From an uncultured bacterium (GTDB lineage: Bacteria; Acidobacteriota; Thermoanaerobaculia; Multivoradales; JAHZIX01): 64,000 bases of DNA. Location of the stretch: NCBI GenBank assembly GCA_965368975.1, contig CBDUPA010000001.1, positions 1-64,000 of the forward strand, read 5' to 3'. The notes below the pieces were generated by a model. It was not told the DNA's origin and did not search any database. It saw only the letters and a list, made by a program, of their open reading frames with translations. Each line of letters starts with the position of its first letter. Position 1 is the stretch's first letter. Of the stretch, positions 31,428 through 40,802 are shown piece by piece. Made by a program: the position numbers and the translations under genes.

Positions 31428-32173
31428 CGAGTACCCAGGACGCCATGCCCAAGTTGCCTCGACGTCTCGCAAGTCCGCTGGTCAAGGTCCTGCGCAAGCT
31501 CTACTACCGGCGCTTGTACGGCACCGGTGGGCGGCTGGAGCGGCTTGTCGCCGGTGTGGTCGAGCGCTGGGAAGCCGGCAGTGGCCGCGGCGATGTGCCG
31601 CTGGCCGCGGCAGCCTGGGAGGACCAGTACGCACAGGGAGCCTGGGATTTCCTGCGGGACTCTGACGAGCTGGCGCGCTACGGGATCATCGGCACCTACT
31701 TGCACCATCGAGGCTTCGGTCAGTGCGTGTTGGACGTGGGTTGCGGCGAGGGCCTCCTGACCGCGGTCATGGCCCCGCGCGGTGGTCGGCGCTTCGTCGG
31801 TATTGATGTCTCGGCCGCCGCGATCGAGCGCGCCCGGCGACGCTTCGATCCTCCCGAGTCGAGTGGCTTCGGCGAGCTGTGCTTCGAGGCGGCGGACGCC
31901 GAGACTTGGCCTGGGGGCGAGTTGGAGGCGACGTTCGATGCCGTCGTCTTCAACGAGTCCGCCTACTACTTTCAGCACCCCCTGGAGACGGTCGCGCGGT
32001 ACGCGGTGGGGTTGCGTCCCGGGGGGGTGCTGATCGTGTCGATGTTCGAGACGCTCCGCTCGGTGGCGATTGGCCGGCAGTTGGCGCGCACCTACGCAGT
32101 CGTCGATCAGTTCGACCTGGCCGGTGCCAAGGGGCGCTGGCGTATTCAAGTCTTGCAGCCGGTAACCCGCTAG
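31424..32173 (+). CDS. Class I SAM-dependent methyltransferase
   Basis: VLDVGCGEG, GIDVS, FDAVVFNE..YY, LRPGG; ATGA overlap with mqnA. Confidence 0.88.
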   Translation: MTSTQDAMPKLPRRLASPLVKVLRKLYYRRLYGTGGRLERLVAGVVERWEAGSGRGDVPLAAAAWEDQYAQGAWDFLRDSDELARYGIIGTYLHHRGFGQCVLDVGCGEGLLTAVMAPRGGRRFVGIDVSAAAIERARRRFDPPESSGFGELCFEAADAETWPGGELEATFDAVVFNESAYYFQHPLETVARYAVGLRPGGVLIVSMFETLRSVAIGRQLARTYAVVDQFDLAGAKGRWRIQVLQPVTR

Positions 32174-33720
32174 CGTCTGCCGCGTCGTGGCGTTGCCCTG
32201 GATCGTCCTGCTGACGTGTCCAGCGATCCGAGCGTCGACGGTGCAATGATGCCGTCGACCCGCGGTTGGAAGTCGAGCTCACGGCGGGTTCCGTAGAGGG
32301 ACATGTGCCAGAACAAGGGCAGGATCAAGTGGTGCTCGCGGACGTAAAGCGAAAGGTCGCGAGCAGCGACCTGGCGCTTCTCGGCATCGAAGATCACCAT
32401 GGCTTCGACGATTCGGCGATCGAGTTCGGGGTCGCTCGGGCCATGACGGTTGAAGGTACCCAGGTGCCGACGAGGATCGGGACTGTGCAGCAGCTGGCGA
32501 TGGATGTCGATCAGGTCGCCGATGATATTTCCCCAGCCCATGATGTTGAGATCGTAGTCCCCGGCCGCGAGACGATCGGACATCTCGGCGAAGCTGACGG
32601 CTTGCAGGTCGATCTCGAAGCCGGCCTCCTGCAACTGCGCGATCAGACGCTGGCATAGCGATCGCCGGCTTGCTGTGGTGAGCAAGACCAGCTTGGGCAC
32701 TCCTGTAGCAGGAGTCGCTTGCGCCAGGAGCTGGCGAGCCTGCTGCAGATCGCGCTTCGTCGGCTCCAGGTCGCTCGCATAGCCATCACTAGGCGGACTG
32801 GCCAACTGGCTGGCGGCGCGGGAGTAGTTCAAGAAATAGTCCGAAACGAGGTTCTGCCTGTCGAGGGCCAGATCGATCGCCTGGCGAACCTCGGGTCGCT
32901 GCAGCCAGACTTTGTTGAGGTTGAATGCGAGGTAGGTGACGCTCAAACCGATGCGCGAGTCGACCCACAGATCGCGATCTGCTTCGACCACCTCGGCGTG
33001 TGCGGCCTCGAGCTGATCCACGATGTCGGCATCACCCGATAGCAGCAGCTCGAGTCGGTGCCGTGGGTCTCCTACGCCGTCGAGATGGAGGCGGCGATAG
33101 TGGGTTGGCGGACCCCAATAGTCCGGAAAGGCTTCCAGCAAGACCTCTGAGTCGTCGAGGTCGAGCCACCGGTACGGGCCGGTACCGATCGGCTGCGTGA
33201 TCGGCTCGGGGCTGTTGCTCGGCAGGATGGCGACGAAGGAGAGACGCTTGAGAAACAGTGGGTCGGACGCCTCGAGCTCGACCTCGACGGTTCGATCATC
33301 AAGGGCTCGTACAGTTCGGATGCCGCCGACATGGACCTGGATCTCGGTTTCGGCCAGCCTCAGTGGCCGGAGCAGACTGAAGACCACGTCGTGCGCGTCC
33401 AGACGGCTGCCGTCATGAAAGAGCACATCGGGCCGTAACTGGAAGCGATAGCGCTTGGGCGAAGCCTGGCTCCATGAAACGGCGAGGTCGGGACACACGT
33501 CGCCATCCTGATCGAGTCGCACCAGGCGATCGAAGACGTACGAGAAGACGGCTTCGGAATAGACGGTGAAGTAGTGGTGGGGATCCGGAGACCGAACGCT
33601 CGAGGCCAGGAGGATGCGTAGGGTTTCGCCGTCTCGGGACGGAGGTGGGGTAGCGGCACTGTACTTGCCGAAAGGCAGGTGTATGAGGACGAGGAGGACA
33701 ACGAGGTATCTGAGCTTCAT
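32170..33720 (-). CDS. ABC transporter substrate-binding protein, family 5 (DppA/OppA-like)
   Basis: Signal peptide; PDLAVSW, FHDGS, DVVFSL, PIGTGPY, VRQAIDLALDR. Confidence 0.9.
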   Translation of the reverse strand: MKLRYLVVLLVLIHLPFGKYSAATPPPSRDGETLRILLASSVRSPDPHHYFTVYSEAVFSYVFDRLVRLDQDGDVCPDLAVSWSQASPKRYRFQLRPDVLFHDGSRLDAHDVVFSLLRPLRLAETEIQVHVGGIRTVRALDDRTVEVELEASDPLFLKRLSFVAILPSNSPEPITQPIGTGPYRWLDLDDSEVLLEAFPDYWGPPTHYRRLHLDGVGDPRHRLELLLSGDADIVDQLEAAHAEVVEADRDLWVDSRIGLSVTYLAFNLNKVWLQRPEVRQAIDLALDRQNLVSDYFLNYSRAASQLASPPSDGYASDLEPTKRDLQQARQLLAQATPATGVPKLVLLTTASRRSLCQRLIAQLQEAGFEIDLQAVSFAEMSDRLAAGDYDLNIMGWGNIIGDLIDIHRQLLHSPDPRRHLGTFNRHGPSDPELDRRIVEAMVIFDAEKRQVAARDLSLYVREHHLILPLFWHMSLYGTRRELDFQPRVDGIIAPSTLGSLDTSAGRSRATPRRGRR

Positions 33721-33808
33721 GATCACATCTCCAAGAAAAGGGATAGGAACAGTAGCTGGGCACGGGGGCCAACGGGTGTGTTGCCACCGCGGAATGCTGC
33801 TGAGCCCT

Positions 33809-33870
33809 TCAATTATAGGAAGATGCGGTCAATTGTAAAGACATTGCTATAATATCGTAGTATTAATATT
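33809..33870. promoter_or_regulatory. AT-rich back-to-back sigma70-type promoters
   Basis: Minus strand TTTACA-N16-TATAAT (33839-33812); plus strand extended -10 TGCTATAAT (33845-33853). Confidence 0.6.
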
Positions 33871-34077
33871 TCTATCCAGGGGAGCTTGCTGCGATGTGGC
33901 GATCTTTAGTTGCGATAGTGATGACATGCGGTGTCGTGGACATGGACGAGCGCCTGGCGTGATTTTGCCGCAGAGAACGGGTACCGCGGGCGGCGGCACG
34001 TAGTAGAGTGACCGGGCTGTCCGCGCACGCCGCGCCCTGGACGGCAGTTCGAGCCAGTGACCACGAGGGAGAGATTG

Positions 34078-34479
34078 ATGTCAGAAGAACTCGAAGAAGG
34101 CGGTTGGATCGCCGAATCGCGCAACGTTTTGGGAGGTCGCCTCGATCTCTGCAGCCGGGAGCCGCTGACCGGCTTCTATCGGGATGGCTGCTGCAACACC
34201 GGTTCCGAGGACGACGGCGTGCACGTCGTGTGTGTCGAGATGACGGCCGAGTTTCTGGAATACAGCCGCCGTGAAGGCAACGATCTCAGTACACCGCAGC
34301 CGCTGCACGATTTCCCGGGGCTGCAGCCCGGCGATCGCTGGTGCTTGTGTGCGACGCGCTGGCGTGCCGCCTACGATGCTGGGCAGGCTCCCCGTGTCTA
34401 CCTGGGGGCTACGCACGAGCGAGCACTCGAGGTCGTATCGCTCGAAGCGCTGATGGAGTATGCGGCGGATCTGAGCTAG
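34078..34479 (+). CDS. DUF2237 family protein
   Basis: NVLG..L..CS.EP.TGFYRDGCC.TG.ED.G.H.VC, GNDLSTP, PGL.PGDRWCLCA.RW, ATHERAL. Confidence 0.92.
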   Translation: MSEELEEGGWIAESRNVLGGRLDLCSREPLTGFYRDGCCNTGSEDDGVHVVCVEMTAEFLEYSRREGNDLSTPQPLHDFPGLQPGDRWCLCATRWRAAYDAGQAPRVYLGATHERALEVVSLEALMEYAADLS

Positions 34480-34619
34480 CAGCGCTGGATTCCGAGACCT
34501 CGTCTTCTCGGCACTCCGACTCGGTAGAGTATGCTGTCGTGCGAGTCGCGAGCTCTGGTGTTCGTGACTGTGTTGGTAAGACACAGTAATTCTCATTGAT
34601 CGTGAGGAGGAGAAAATCC

Positions 34620-34805
34620 ATGAAGAAGAAAATCCAGCGCCGTCTCGCCTTGAACCGCGAAACGCTGTCCAATCTAGACCGCGTCTTCGGCGGTATTGCC
34701 GTGAACGGCGATGTGGTCCCGGTCCCCGACTCGAAGTACGTCAGCTGCACCTACGTCAATTGCCCGGACGATACGAAGTACGTCAGCTGCTCGCTGGTGT
34801 GCTGA
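34620..34805 (+). CDS. Putative RiPP (lanthipeptide-type) precursor, 61 aa
   Basis: GAGGAGG RBS; leader MKKKIQRRLALNRETLSNLDRVFGG; core with 4 Cys and 6 Ser/Thr, IAVNGDVVPVPDSKYVSCTYVNCPDDTKYVSCSLVC. Confidence 0.8.
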   Translation: MKKKIQRRLALNRETLSNLDRVFGGIAVNGDVVPVPDSKYVSCTYVNCPDDTKYVSCSLVC

Positions 34806-34850
34806 TGGACCTAGGCGTGGCCCTCGGCCGCGCCAGATGAGCCTCTTGCT

Positions 34851-34876
34851 TCAGGGCCGGCAACTGCCGGCCCTGA
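34851..34876. terminator. GC-rich hairpin between the convergent precursor gene and ccmC
   Basis: TCAGGGCCGGCA-AC-TGCCGGCCCTGA perfect inverted repeat; no U-tract. Confidence 0.55.
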
Positions 34877-34917
34877 GCTGTGTAGCTCCTGGCTCGGGAC
34901 GCTACGAGGTGGGGCGG

Positions 34918-35580
34918 CTACAGGCGGGCGAGTTGCTCGTCGCGCAGACGTAGCACGCGGGTGCGCAAGTTGTGCAGCCAGAAGAAGAAGGCTGTGTAGC
35001 AGGCCGCGCCGAGGAGCAGCACCTGCAGCATGCGCGAGTTCATCTCGATCTTGCCACCCGGGTTGATCACCGGTTCCGGATGCAGGGTGAACGACGCCAT
35101 GCGCGGCAGCACGAAGAAGAGGAAAGGTGCCACGGCGATGCCGAGGGCGGCATAGGCGGCGGAGAGCCGGCGCCGACGTTCCTCGTCCGGAACGGCTGCG
35201 CGCAGGGACAGGTAGGCTCCGTAGAAGAGCAGCGCCATGGTGATCGAGGTCTGGCGGGGATCCCAGTTCCAGTAGCTGCCCCACATGATGCGCGCCCAGA
35301 TGGCGCCGCTGACCGTGGCCAGGATGCAGAAGACCATGCCGATCTCGATCGCGGCGTGGGAGGCGTAGTCGTGACGGATGTCGCGCTTCATGAGATAGCG
35401 CAGGCTCCAGGCACCGGCGGCGACGAAGGCGACGAACGAAGCCCAGGCCATCGGTACGTGGAAAAACAGGATACGGCTGGACTGGCCGATGAAATCTTGA
35501 GCCAGCGGTGCATAGGCAAAGGCGCCGACGATCACCAGGCAGCCAGCCAGCCAGAGGGTCCAGGCGAGAGCATTCTTCAT
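34918..35580 (-). CDS. ccmC: Cytochrome c maturation protein CcmC
   Basis: FFHVP.AW, Trp-rich motif GAIWARIMWGSYWNWDPRQT, TLHP. Confidence 0.92.
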   Translation of the reverse strand: MKNALAWTLWLAGCLVIVGAFAYAPLAQDFIGQSSRILFFHVPMAWASFVAFVAAGAWSLRYLMKRDIRHDYASHAAIEIGMVFCILATVSGAIWARIMWGSYWNWDPRQTSITMALLFYGAYLSLRAAVPDEERRRRLSAAYAALGIAVAPFLFFVLPRMASFTLHPEPVINPGGKIEMNSRMLQVLLLGAACYTAFFFWLHNLRTRVLRLRDEQLARL

Positions 35581-35637
35581 GGAGTCAGGTCTCCTCGCAG
35601 AGCAAGTTCCGGCTTGTTGGTCGAGAATTCCGACAGA

Positions 35638-36399
35638 TCAAGGATTCCAGATGGTAGGGAAGAGCATAGAACCCGCGACTGTGACGGTGGCATCATACAG
35701 CAGCAGCAGGCGGATTGCCGGGTCTCCCACGGTCGCCACCGCCGTCGCGGCTTCGTCGATCGTACCGGCTTCACCGGTGACTGCGGCACGGCTGATCTGG
35801 ATGACGATGACCAGCAGGGGCAGCAGGATCGGCAGGGCGAGCACGGCGAACAGCGTACCGCGGCCGCGCGCCTGAGCAATGATGGCGGCGATCAGGGTGC
35901 CGCCTGCCGCCAGCCCGAAGCCGCCGCCGAGGAGCGCGAGCACTAGCTTTTCCGGGCGTGCGACGCCGAGGTCCATCATGGCGAGGAACAGTGGCGTCAC
36001 CAGGATCTCGAGCACCAGCACCAGTGTCAGGCTGTAGAGCAACTTGCCCCAGAACAGCGCCGAAGGCGTTGCACTCATGCGCAGCGCGGTAGCAGTGTGG
36101 GTCTCTTCCTCCACGACAAAGGCTCGAGGCAGCCCTGCGGTGACCGCGAACAGCAAAATGATCCACAGCACGACGGGCAGCACGGCCCCCTTCTCGCTGC
36201 TGCTGGCGCCGATCGGTCCGAGGCCGACGCTGACCACGACCAGCGTGGTGACGGCGAACAGGCCCAGCGTGTTGAGGGCATAGCGCGTGCGCAGTTCGCA
36301 GCGCCATTCCTTGACGAAAACGGCGAGCGCTTCGGCCAGCCAGTCGGCGAGCGTTGCCGCGCTGGGGGTGTCAGCTGAGGTCGAGGTGTTGGTGGACAT
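35638..36399 (-). CDS. ccmB: Heme exporter protein CcmB
   Basis: KEWRCELRTR, RAFVVEEE, FWGKLL, LALPILLPLL; lies between ccmA and ccmC. Confidence 0.88.
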   Translation of the reverse strand: MSTNTSTSADTPSAATLADWLAEALAVFVKEWRCELRTRYALNTLGLFAVTTLVVVSVGLGPIGASSSEKGAVLPVVLWIILLFAVTAGLPRAFVVEEETHTATALRMSATPSALFWGKLLYSLTLVLVLEILVTPLFLAMMDLGVARPEKLVLALLGGGFGLAAGGTLIAAIIAQARGRGTLFAVLALPILLPLLVIVIQISRAAVTGEAGTIDEAATAVATVGDPAIRLLLLYDATVTVAGSMLFPTIWNP

Positions 36400-37087
36400 G
36401 GCTTTCCAGGGCGGTCGGCAGGCGCAGGTCTGTGGGACTGGCCAGCACCAGGCCGCCGCCGGCCGAGAGGTGATCCGCAAGGAGATCCCAGAAGGCTTGA
36501 CGGCCAGCGGCATCGAGGTTCTGAAACGGCTCGTCGAACAGCAAGATCGAGGGCTCGTGGAGTGTCGCCCAGCACAGTCGCAGACGCTGGCGCATGCCGG
36601 AGGAGAGGGCGCCGGCGGCGCGGTTCGGCGGCAGGCCGAGTGCGACCGCGCGGTCGATGGCCGTGGCGGCGCTGCGTCGACGCAGGCGGCCGAAGAAGTG
36701 GAGATTCTCGGCGACCGTGAGTTCGTCGTAGAGTGCCAGGTCCGGTGCCAGGTAGCCGAGGCGACGGCGGCGAGAGTCCATCTCGCTGGATGCAGGGGCG
36801 TTGTGTACTGTCGCGCGCGCAGGCTCTGTGACGGGACTCTGCTCGGGGTCCTGAGCTGGGCTGGTTGTACCTGCCGGCGCGTACACTCCTTCGGAGTAGG
36901 TGATCGTGCCGCGGTCGGGCGACAGCAGGCCCGCCAGGCACTTGAGCAGCGTGCTCTTGCCGCTGCCGTTGCTGCCCGTGATCAGGAGAATCTGGCCTTC
37001 CCGCACGTCGCCGGAGACGCCTCGGAGCACCGAGACGCGGCCGAAGCGGCGGAAGATGTCACGGAAGGAGAGAGTAGCGGGTTGCAT
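36371..37087 (-). CDS. ccmA: Heme ABC exporter ATP-binding protein CcmA
   Basis: GSNGSGKST, LSSGMRQRL, LLFDEP. Confidence 0.85.
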   Translation of the reverse strand: MQPATLSFRDIFRRFGRVSVLRGVSGDVREGQILLITGSNGSGKSTLLKCLAGLLSPDRGTITYSEGVYAPAGTTSPAQDPEQSPVTEPARATVHNAPASSEMDSRRRRLGYLAPDLALYDELTVAENLHFFGRLRRRSAATAIDRAVALGLPPNRAAGALSSGMRQRLRLCWATLHEPSILLFDEPFQNLDAAGRQAFWDLLADHLSAGGGLVLASPTDLRLPTALESHVHQHLDLS

Positions 37088-37169
37088 GCGGCGCTGATTA
37101 TAGGCCCATTTTCGTGACACTTTCCCAGATCGGGTGGCAGCTTGCCCGATTCCCCGCGGAGCCTTTACC

Positions 37170-39449
37170 ATGCGATTTATGAATGCGAGTGAGATCGACT
37201 GTCGCGTCACCCAGGCTGCTGACGGTCTACATAGGCCTGCCAACCCGGTCCAGAGGAGCCGCCCTGCGGCCCTGCGCGTGGCTGCCTTGACTGTGGCGGT
37301 TGTCTCGATGTCACTGCTCGGCTGTGCGACGTCGGGCACGACCCCGGACTCCTCGAGGAGCACCGGTAGCGGTGCAGCCGACGATGCGACCCGAGGTGCC
37401 AGCGACGAACTGGTGGGCTCCTCGGGCGTGCGTCCCTATCGCCCGAGCCGAGAGCTGCCGACGGTAGACGTGCCCGACCTGGACATGCGGGCTTTGCTGC
37501 TGCTGCTGGCTGACCGCCGGATGTACGAGAGCTTCACAGTCGAGCGGGCGTTGGTGTCCGATGCCGAGGCGCCAGCGCAGCTGCGCCGGTTGCTGGCGTT
37601 GGCGCTGGGCCGGGCCGGTCGACCCGAGGGGGTCGAGGTGCTGCGCGGCCTGTTGCTCGACGACGACGTCGAGGTGCGACGCGAGGCGGTGTTCGCACTT
37701 GGACAGCTGGGAAACAGGGAGGCGGTCGACCTCCTGCTGCACCGGATGCTGGTCGACAACGACCGCGAGACCGGGATGCTGGCGGTCGAGGCGCTGGCCA
37801 AGCTCGCAGTGCCGGTGCTCGATGTCGGCGATGCGCTGGGTAGCCTGCCCGAGGTCGAGCTGTGGTCTCGTCTGCTGCCGCACTTGCATCGTTTTCGTGA
37901 TGAAGAGCGTCTGACGCTGGCCAGCTTGGCGCTCGAACGCGCCGAGCGCTCGTTGCGGCCGTGGGCGGTGTATACGCTCAGCCGCGCTCCCACCGCCGGG
38001 ACCTTGCCGCTGCTGCGGGCTCGCCTGGAGGATGGGGAGCCGCGCACCCGAGCGTGGATCGCCGAAGCCCTGGGAGGCGCTGGCGACGCCGCCGATCTCG
38101 ACCGCCTGGTACCACTCCTGCAGCCCGAGGTGCGCGCGCCGGGGCCCGTGATCCAGGCGCTGCGCGCCGGCCGTCGGTTGGTGGCCCGCGGCGTGGCGGC
38201 GCCGCCGGAATCGTGGGTGCCGTGGCTTCTGCACTGGTTGGTGGATGGTCGTCCGGCGGTGCGATTGGCGGCGATCGAAGCCTCGGCGGCCTGGCTGGGT
38301 GAGCCGCAGTTGGAACCGGTATTGCTGGCACTGGCTGAGGCCAATGCGCCCGTCTGGCAACGCGCCGCGGCCCTTCGAACCCTGGCTCGCTGGCGGCATC
38401 CGCGCGCCTCGGATCTAATCGTCGCCGCGGCGGCTTCACCCGAGTCGTCACTGCGGGCCGCCGTGACGGAGCCGGCGCGGCTCGTGGGTCTGGATGCCAT
38501 CCTCGAGCTGCTGGCCTCGGATGCCGTGGGCAGCGTCCGTGCCGCGGTGTTGGAAGCGAGGTTGAACGCTCTGCAGGTAGACCCGGAGGCGCCAGATCTC
38601 GACGAAGTTCTGCAATGGTCTGGCTTGTTGCTCGACGCGGCGCTGGAGGATGCAGATCCCGTGGTGCGGGCGACGGCGCTCGACGCTCTCTACCGCTGGC
38701 CGGTCCTGCGTGTTCAGCGGCTGGTCGAGGCCTACGACCGCGCCACCCGCGACCGTATCGTCGAAGCGCGGCTGAGCGCGGTGCGCGCCATCGGCGCCCG
38801 TGCACGCGCGCTGCCGACGGAACGAGGCCGCGCCATCGAGGCCCTCGAACGTCTGGCGGAGGGCGGAGAACGGCTGGTGCGGCGGCAGGCGGCGGTCGAG
38901 TTGCTGGCGATGGAGATCACCCCGCCCCTGCCTGGTCCGGCGACCGGCGGCCAGGCCAGCTTCTATGCACAGGTTGTACGCCGCACGGCGCAGCCCTGGC
39001 TGGCCCACCTGCGGACCGACCTGGGAACTCTGACTTTGGAGCTGGACTGCCCGTTGGTGCCCCTGACATGCTTGAATTTCCTGCAGCTGGCGGAGCAGGG
39101 CTTCTACGATGGTCTTGCTTTCCACCAGCTGACCCCGGACTTCATCGTCCAGGCCGGCGACCCGCGCGGGGATGGTTGGGGTGGTCCCGGTTACCGGATC
39201 CGCGACGAAGTCTCGCGTCTGCGCTTCGAGCGCGGCACCGTCGGTATGGCGCTGTCGACCGCGGACGCCGCGGGCAGTCAGTTCTTCCTCACGCTGTCGC
39301 CGCAGCCCCAGCTCGAAGGCGCCTACACGGCCTTCGGACGGTTGCGCGAGGGCGACGAAATCCTCGATCTACTGGCTCCGGGTAGCCGCATTCTGGGCAT
39401 CGACCTGGAGCCTGTGACCGTCACCCCAAGCTCGCGGCGACGGCGTTGA
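37170..39449 (+). CDS. HEAT-repeat protein with C-terminal cyclophilin-like domain, possible lipoprotein (start uncertain)
   Basis: Lipobox-like SLLGC; VRREAVFALGQLG-type repeats; C-terminal NFLQLA..GFYDG..FH, QAGDPRGDGWGGPGY, GSQFF, YTAFG. Confidence 0.85.
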   Translation: MRFMNASEIDCRVTQAADGLHRPANPVQRSRPAALRVAALTVAVVSMSLLGCATSGTTPDSSRSTGSGAADDATRGASDELVGSSGVRPYRPSRELPTVDVPDLDMRALLLLLADRRMYESFTVERALVSDAEAPAQLRRLLALALGRAGRPEGVEVLRGLLLDDDVEVRREAVFALGQLGNREAVDLLLHRMLVDNDRETGMLAVEALAKLAVPVLDVGDALGSLPEVELWSRLLPHLHRFRDEERLTLASLALERAERSLRPWAVYTLSRAPTAGTLPLLRARLEDGEPRTRAWIAEALGGAGDAADLDRLVPLLQPEVRAPGPVIQALRAGRRLVARGVAAPPESWVPWLLHWLVDGRPAVRLAAIEASAAWLGEPQLEPVLLALAEANAPVWQRAAALRTLARWRHPRASDLIVAAAASPESSLRAAVTEPARLVGLDAILELLASDAVGSVRAAVLEARLNALQVDPEAPDLDEVLQWSGLLLDAALEDADPVVRATALDALYRWPVLRVQRLVEAYDRATRDRIVEARLSAVRAIGARARALPTERGRAIEALERLAEGGERLVRRQAAVELLAMEITPPLPGPATGGQASFYAQVVRRTAQPWLAHLRTDLGTLTLELDCPLVPLTCLNFLQLAEQGFYDGLAFHQLTPDFIVQAGDPRGDGWGGPGYRIRDEVSRLRFERGTVGMALSTADAAGSQFFLTLSPQPQLEGAYTAFGRLREGDEILDLLAPGSRILGIDLEPVTVTPSSRRRR

Positions 39450-39474
39450 AACCTTGTCGGGAAGGAAGCGTATA
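39447..39474 (+). promoter_or_regulatory. SigW-type ECF promoter
   Basis: TGAAAC-N16-CGTATA ending 5 nt before the sigma ATG. Confidence 0.75.
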
Positions 39475-39479
39475 AAGCG

Positions 39480-40079
39480 ATGACACGGGATGCGGAGCGA
39501 AAGGACGATCGGTTGAAGGACGAAGAGCTGGTCGCCGCGATCCTGAAGGGCCGAGAAGATCGCTTCGTTGAGCTTGTCGAGCGCTATCAAGGGCGTCTGG
39601 TGAACTACCTGTATCGCTTGCTGAGGAACCTGGACGAAGCGCACGACATGGCTCAAGAGGTGTTCATCAAAATCTATCAAGCACTGGAGGGCTTCGATCC
39701 TCGCTACCGGTTCTCGACCTGGTTGTTTCGCGTGGCACAGAACGCGGCCATCGATCACATTCGAAAGCGCCGCCTCAAGTTGGTCACCATTCACCGGCCG
39801 GATCCGGAAACGGGGGAACGTCAAGACTGGGAGTTTCCGAGTCCAGAGCGGGGGCCGTATGGCCACCTGCGCAATCGGGAACGCGGCGGTGCCATCCAGG
39901 AAGCTATCGATTCACTGCCTTGGGAATATAGGGAACTCATCCTGCTCCGTCACTTTGGCGAAATGTCCTACGACGAGATCGCCAAGCTCAAGGAGATGCC
40001 TCTCGGTACAGTGAAAAACAAGTTGTTCCGCGGCCGGCAGATGCTGAAGAAGCAGCTGGCTGACTTTCGAGTCGATTGA
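39480..40079 (+). CDS. ECF sigma factor (SigW/RpoE-like)
   Basis: DEELV, DMAQEVFIK, FSTWLFRVA.N.AID..RK, SYDEIA....PLGTVKNKLFRGR. Confidence 0.95.
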   Translation: MTRDAERKDDRLKDEELVAAILKGREDRFVELVERYQGRLVNYLYRLLRNLDEAHDMAQEVFIKIYQALEGFDPRYRFSTWLFRVAQNAAIDHIRKRRLKLVTIHRPDPETGERQDWEFPSPERGPYGHLRNRERGGAIQEAIDSLPWEYRELILLRHFGEMSYDEIAKLKEMPLGTVKNKLFRGRQMLKKQLADFRVD

Positions 40080-40113
40080 CCCCGATGGACGCCATCGAGC
40101 GGGGGGATTGCTC

Positions 40114-40722
40114 ATGAAGCGCGATGCCGATGACGCACACCGAGTGTGTGCACACCAAGATGAGATGAACGAACTGCTGCAGCAGCGGCTGGATGGGGAT
40201 CTAGCGGCGGCGCAAGCCGCGCGTCTGGACGCCCATCTCGGGCGTTGTGCGCTCTGCGCCCACGACGCCCAAGGCTACGACGCGCTGTTCGAGAAGCTGG
40301 CGATGCGGGTCGAGGTCCGTCCGGACTTCACCGCGTCGGTGATGGCGGCGCTGCCGCCGGCTGCGCACGAAGCCCGAGCCCGCGTTGCCTGGATGCTGCC
40401 GGTGGCAGTGTTCCTCCTGCTGGCGATCGGTACGGTGTTGATCGCCGGCGGTTCGCTGAGTACCGCCGTCGAAGGCACACCGTTCGGTCTGCTCGGTGCA
40501 GTCGCCGAGATGGTCACCGCCACCGCGCTCGCTGGCGCGGGCTTGCTCGGTGCCAGCTGGAAGGCCCTGCGCCTGGGCGTTGGGGAAATGATGGTGCAGT
40601 CCCCGATGATGCTGGTCCTACTCAGTTTTCTGATCGTTGGCTTGAACGGCCTGCTGTTCAGCTACCTGCGTCGCCGCCGAGGTGCGCGCCAGCCTCAGCA
40701 CCAGGCACAGAGGGGAGCCTGA
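40114..40722 (+). CDS. Zinc-finger (zf-HC2/ZAS) anti-sigma factor with TM helices
   Basis: LDGDL, HLGRCALC (Hx3Cx2C), PDFTASVM, TM segments; directly after the sigma gene. Confidence 0.85.
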   Translation: MKRDADDAHRVCAHQDEMNELLQQRLDGDLAAAQAARLDAHLGRCALCAHDAQGYDALFEKLAMRVEVRPDFTASVMAALPPAAHEARARVAWMLPVAVFLLLAIGTVLIAGGSLSTAVEGTPFGLLGAVAEMVTATALAGAGLLGASWKALRLGVGEMMVQSPMMLVLLSFLIVGLNGLLFSYLRRRRGARQPQHQAQRGA

Positions 40723-40802
40723 AAGCCCCAGGGGCCTCGGATCGGCCGCCTGTATCTCAGCCTCACCCTCGGCCTCGGAGAGTTGCAGTAGACTCCGTCC
40801 CC

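Noticed and set aside
34811-34917. Possible ccmD downstream of ccmC
   Set aside because: No short hydrophobic ORF with a start and RBS; the region is occupied by a hairpin.
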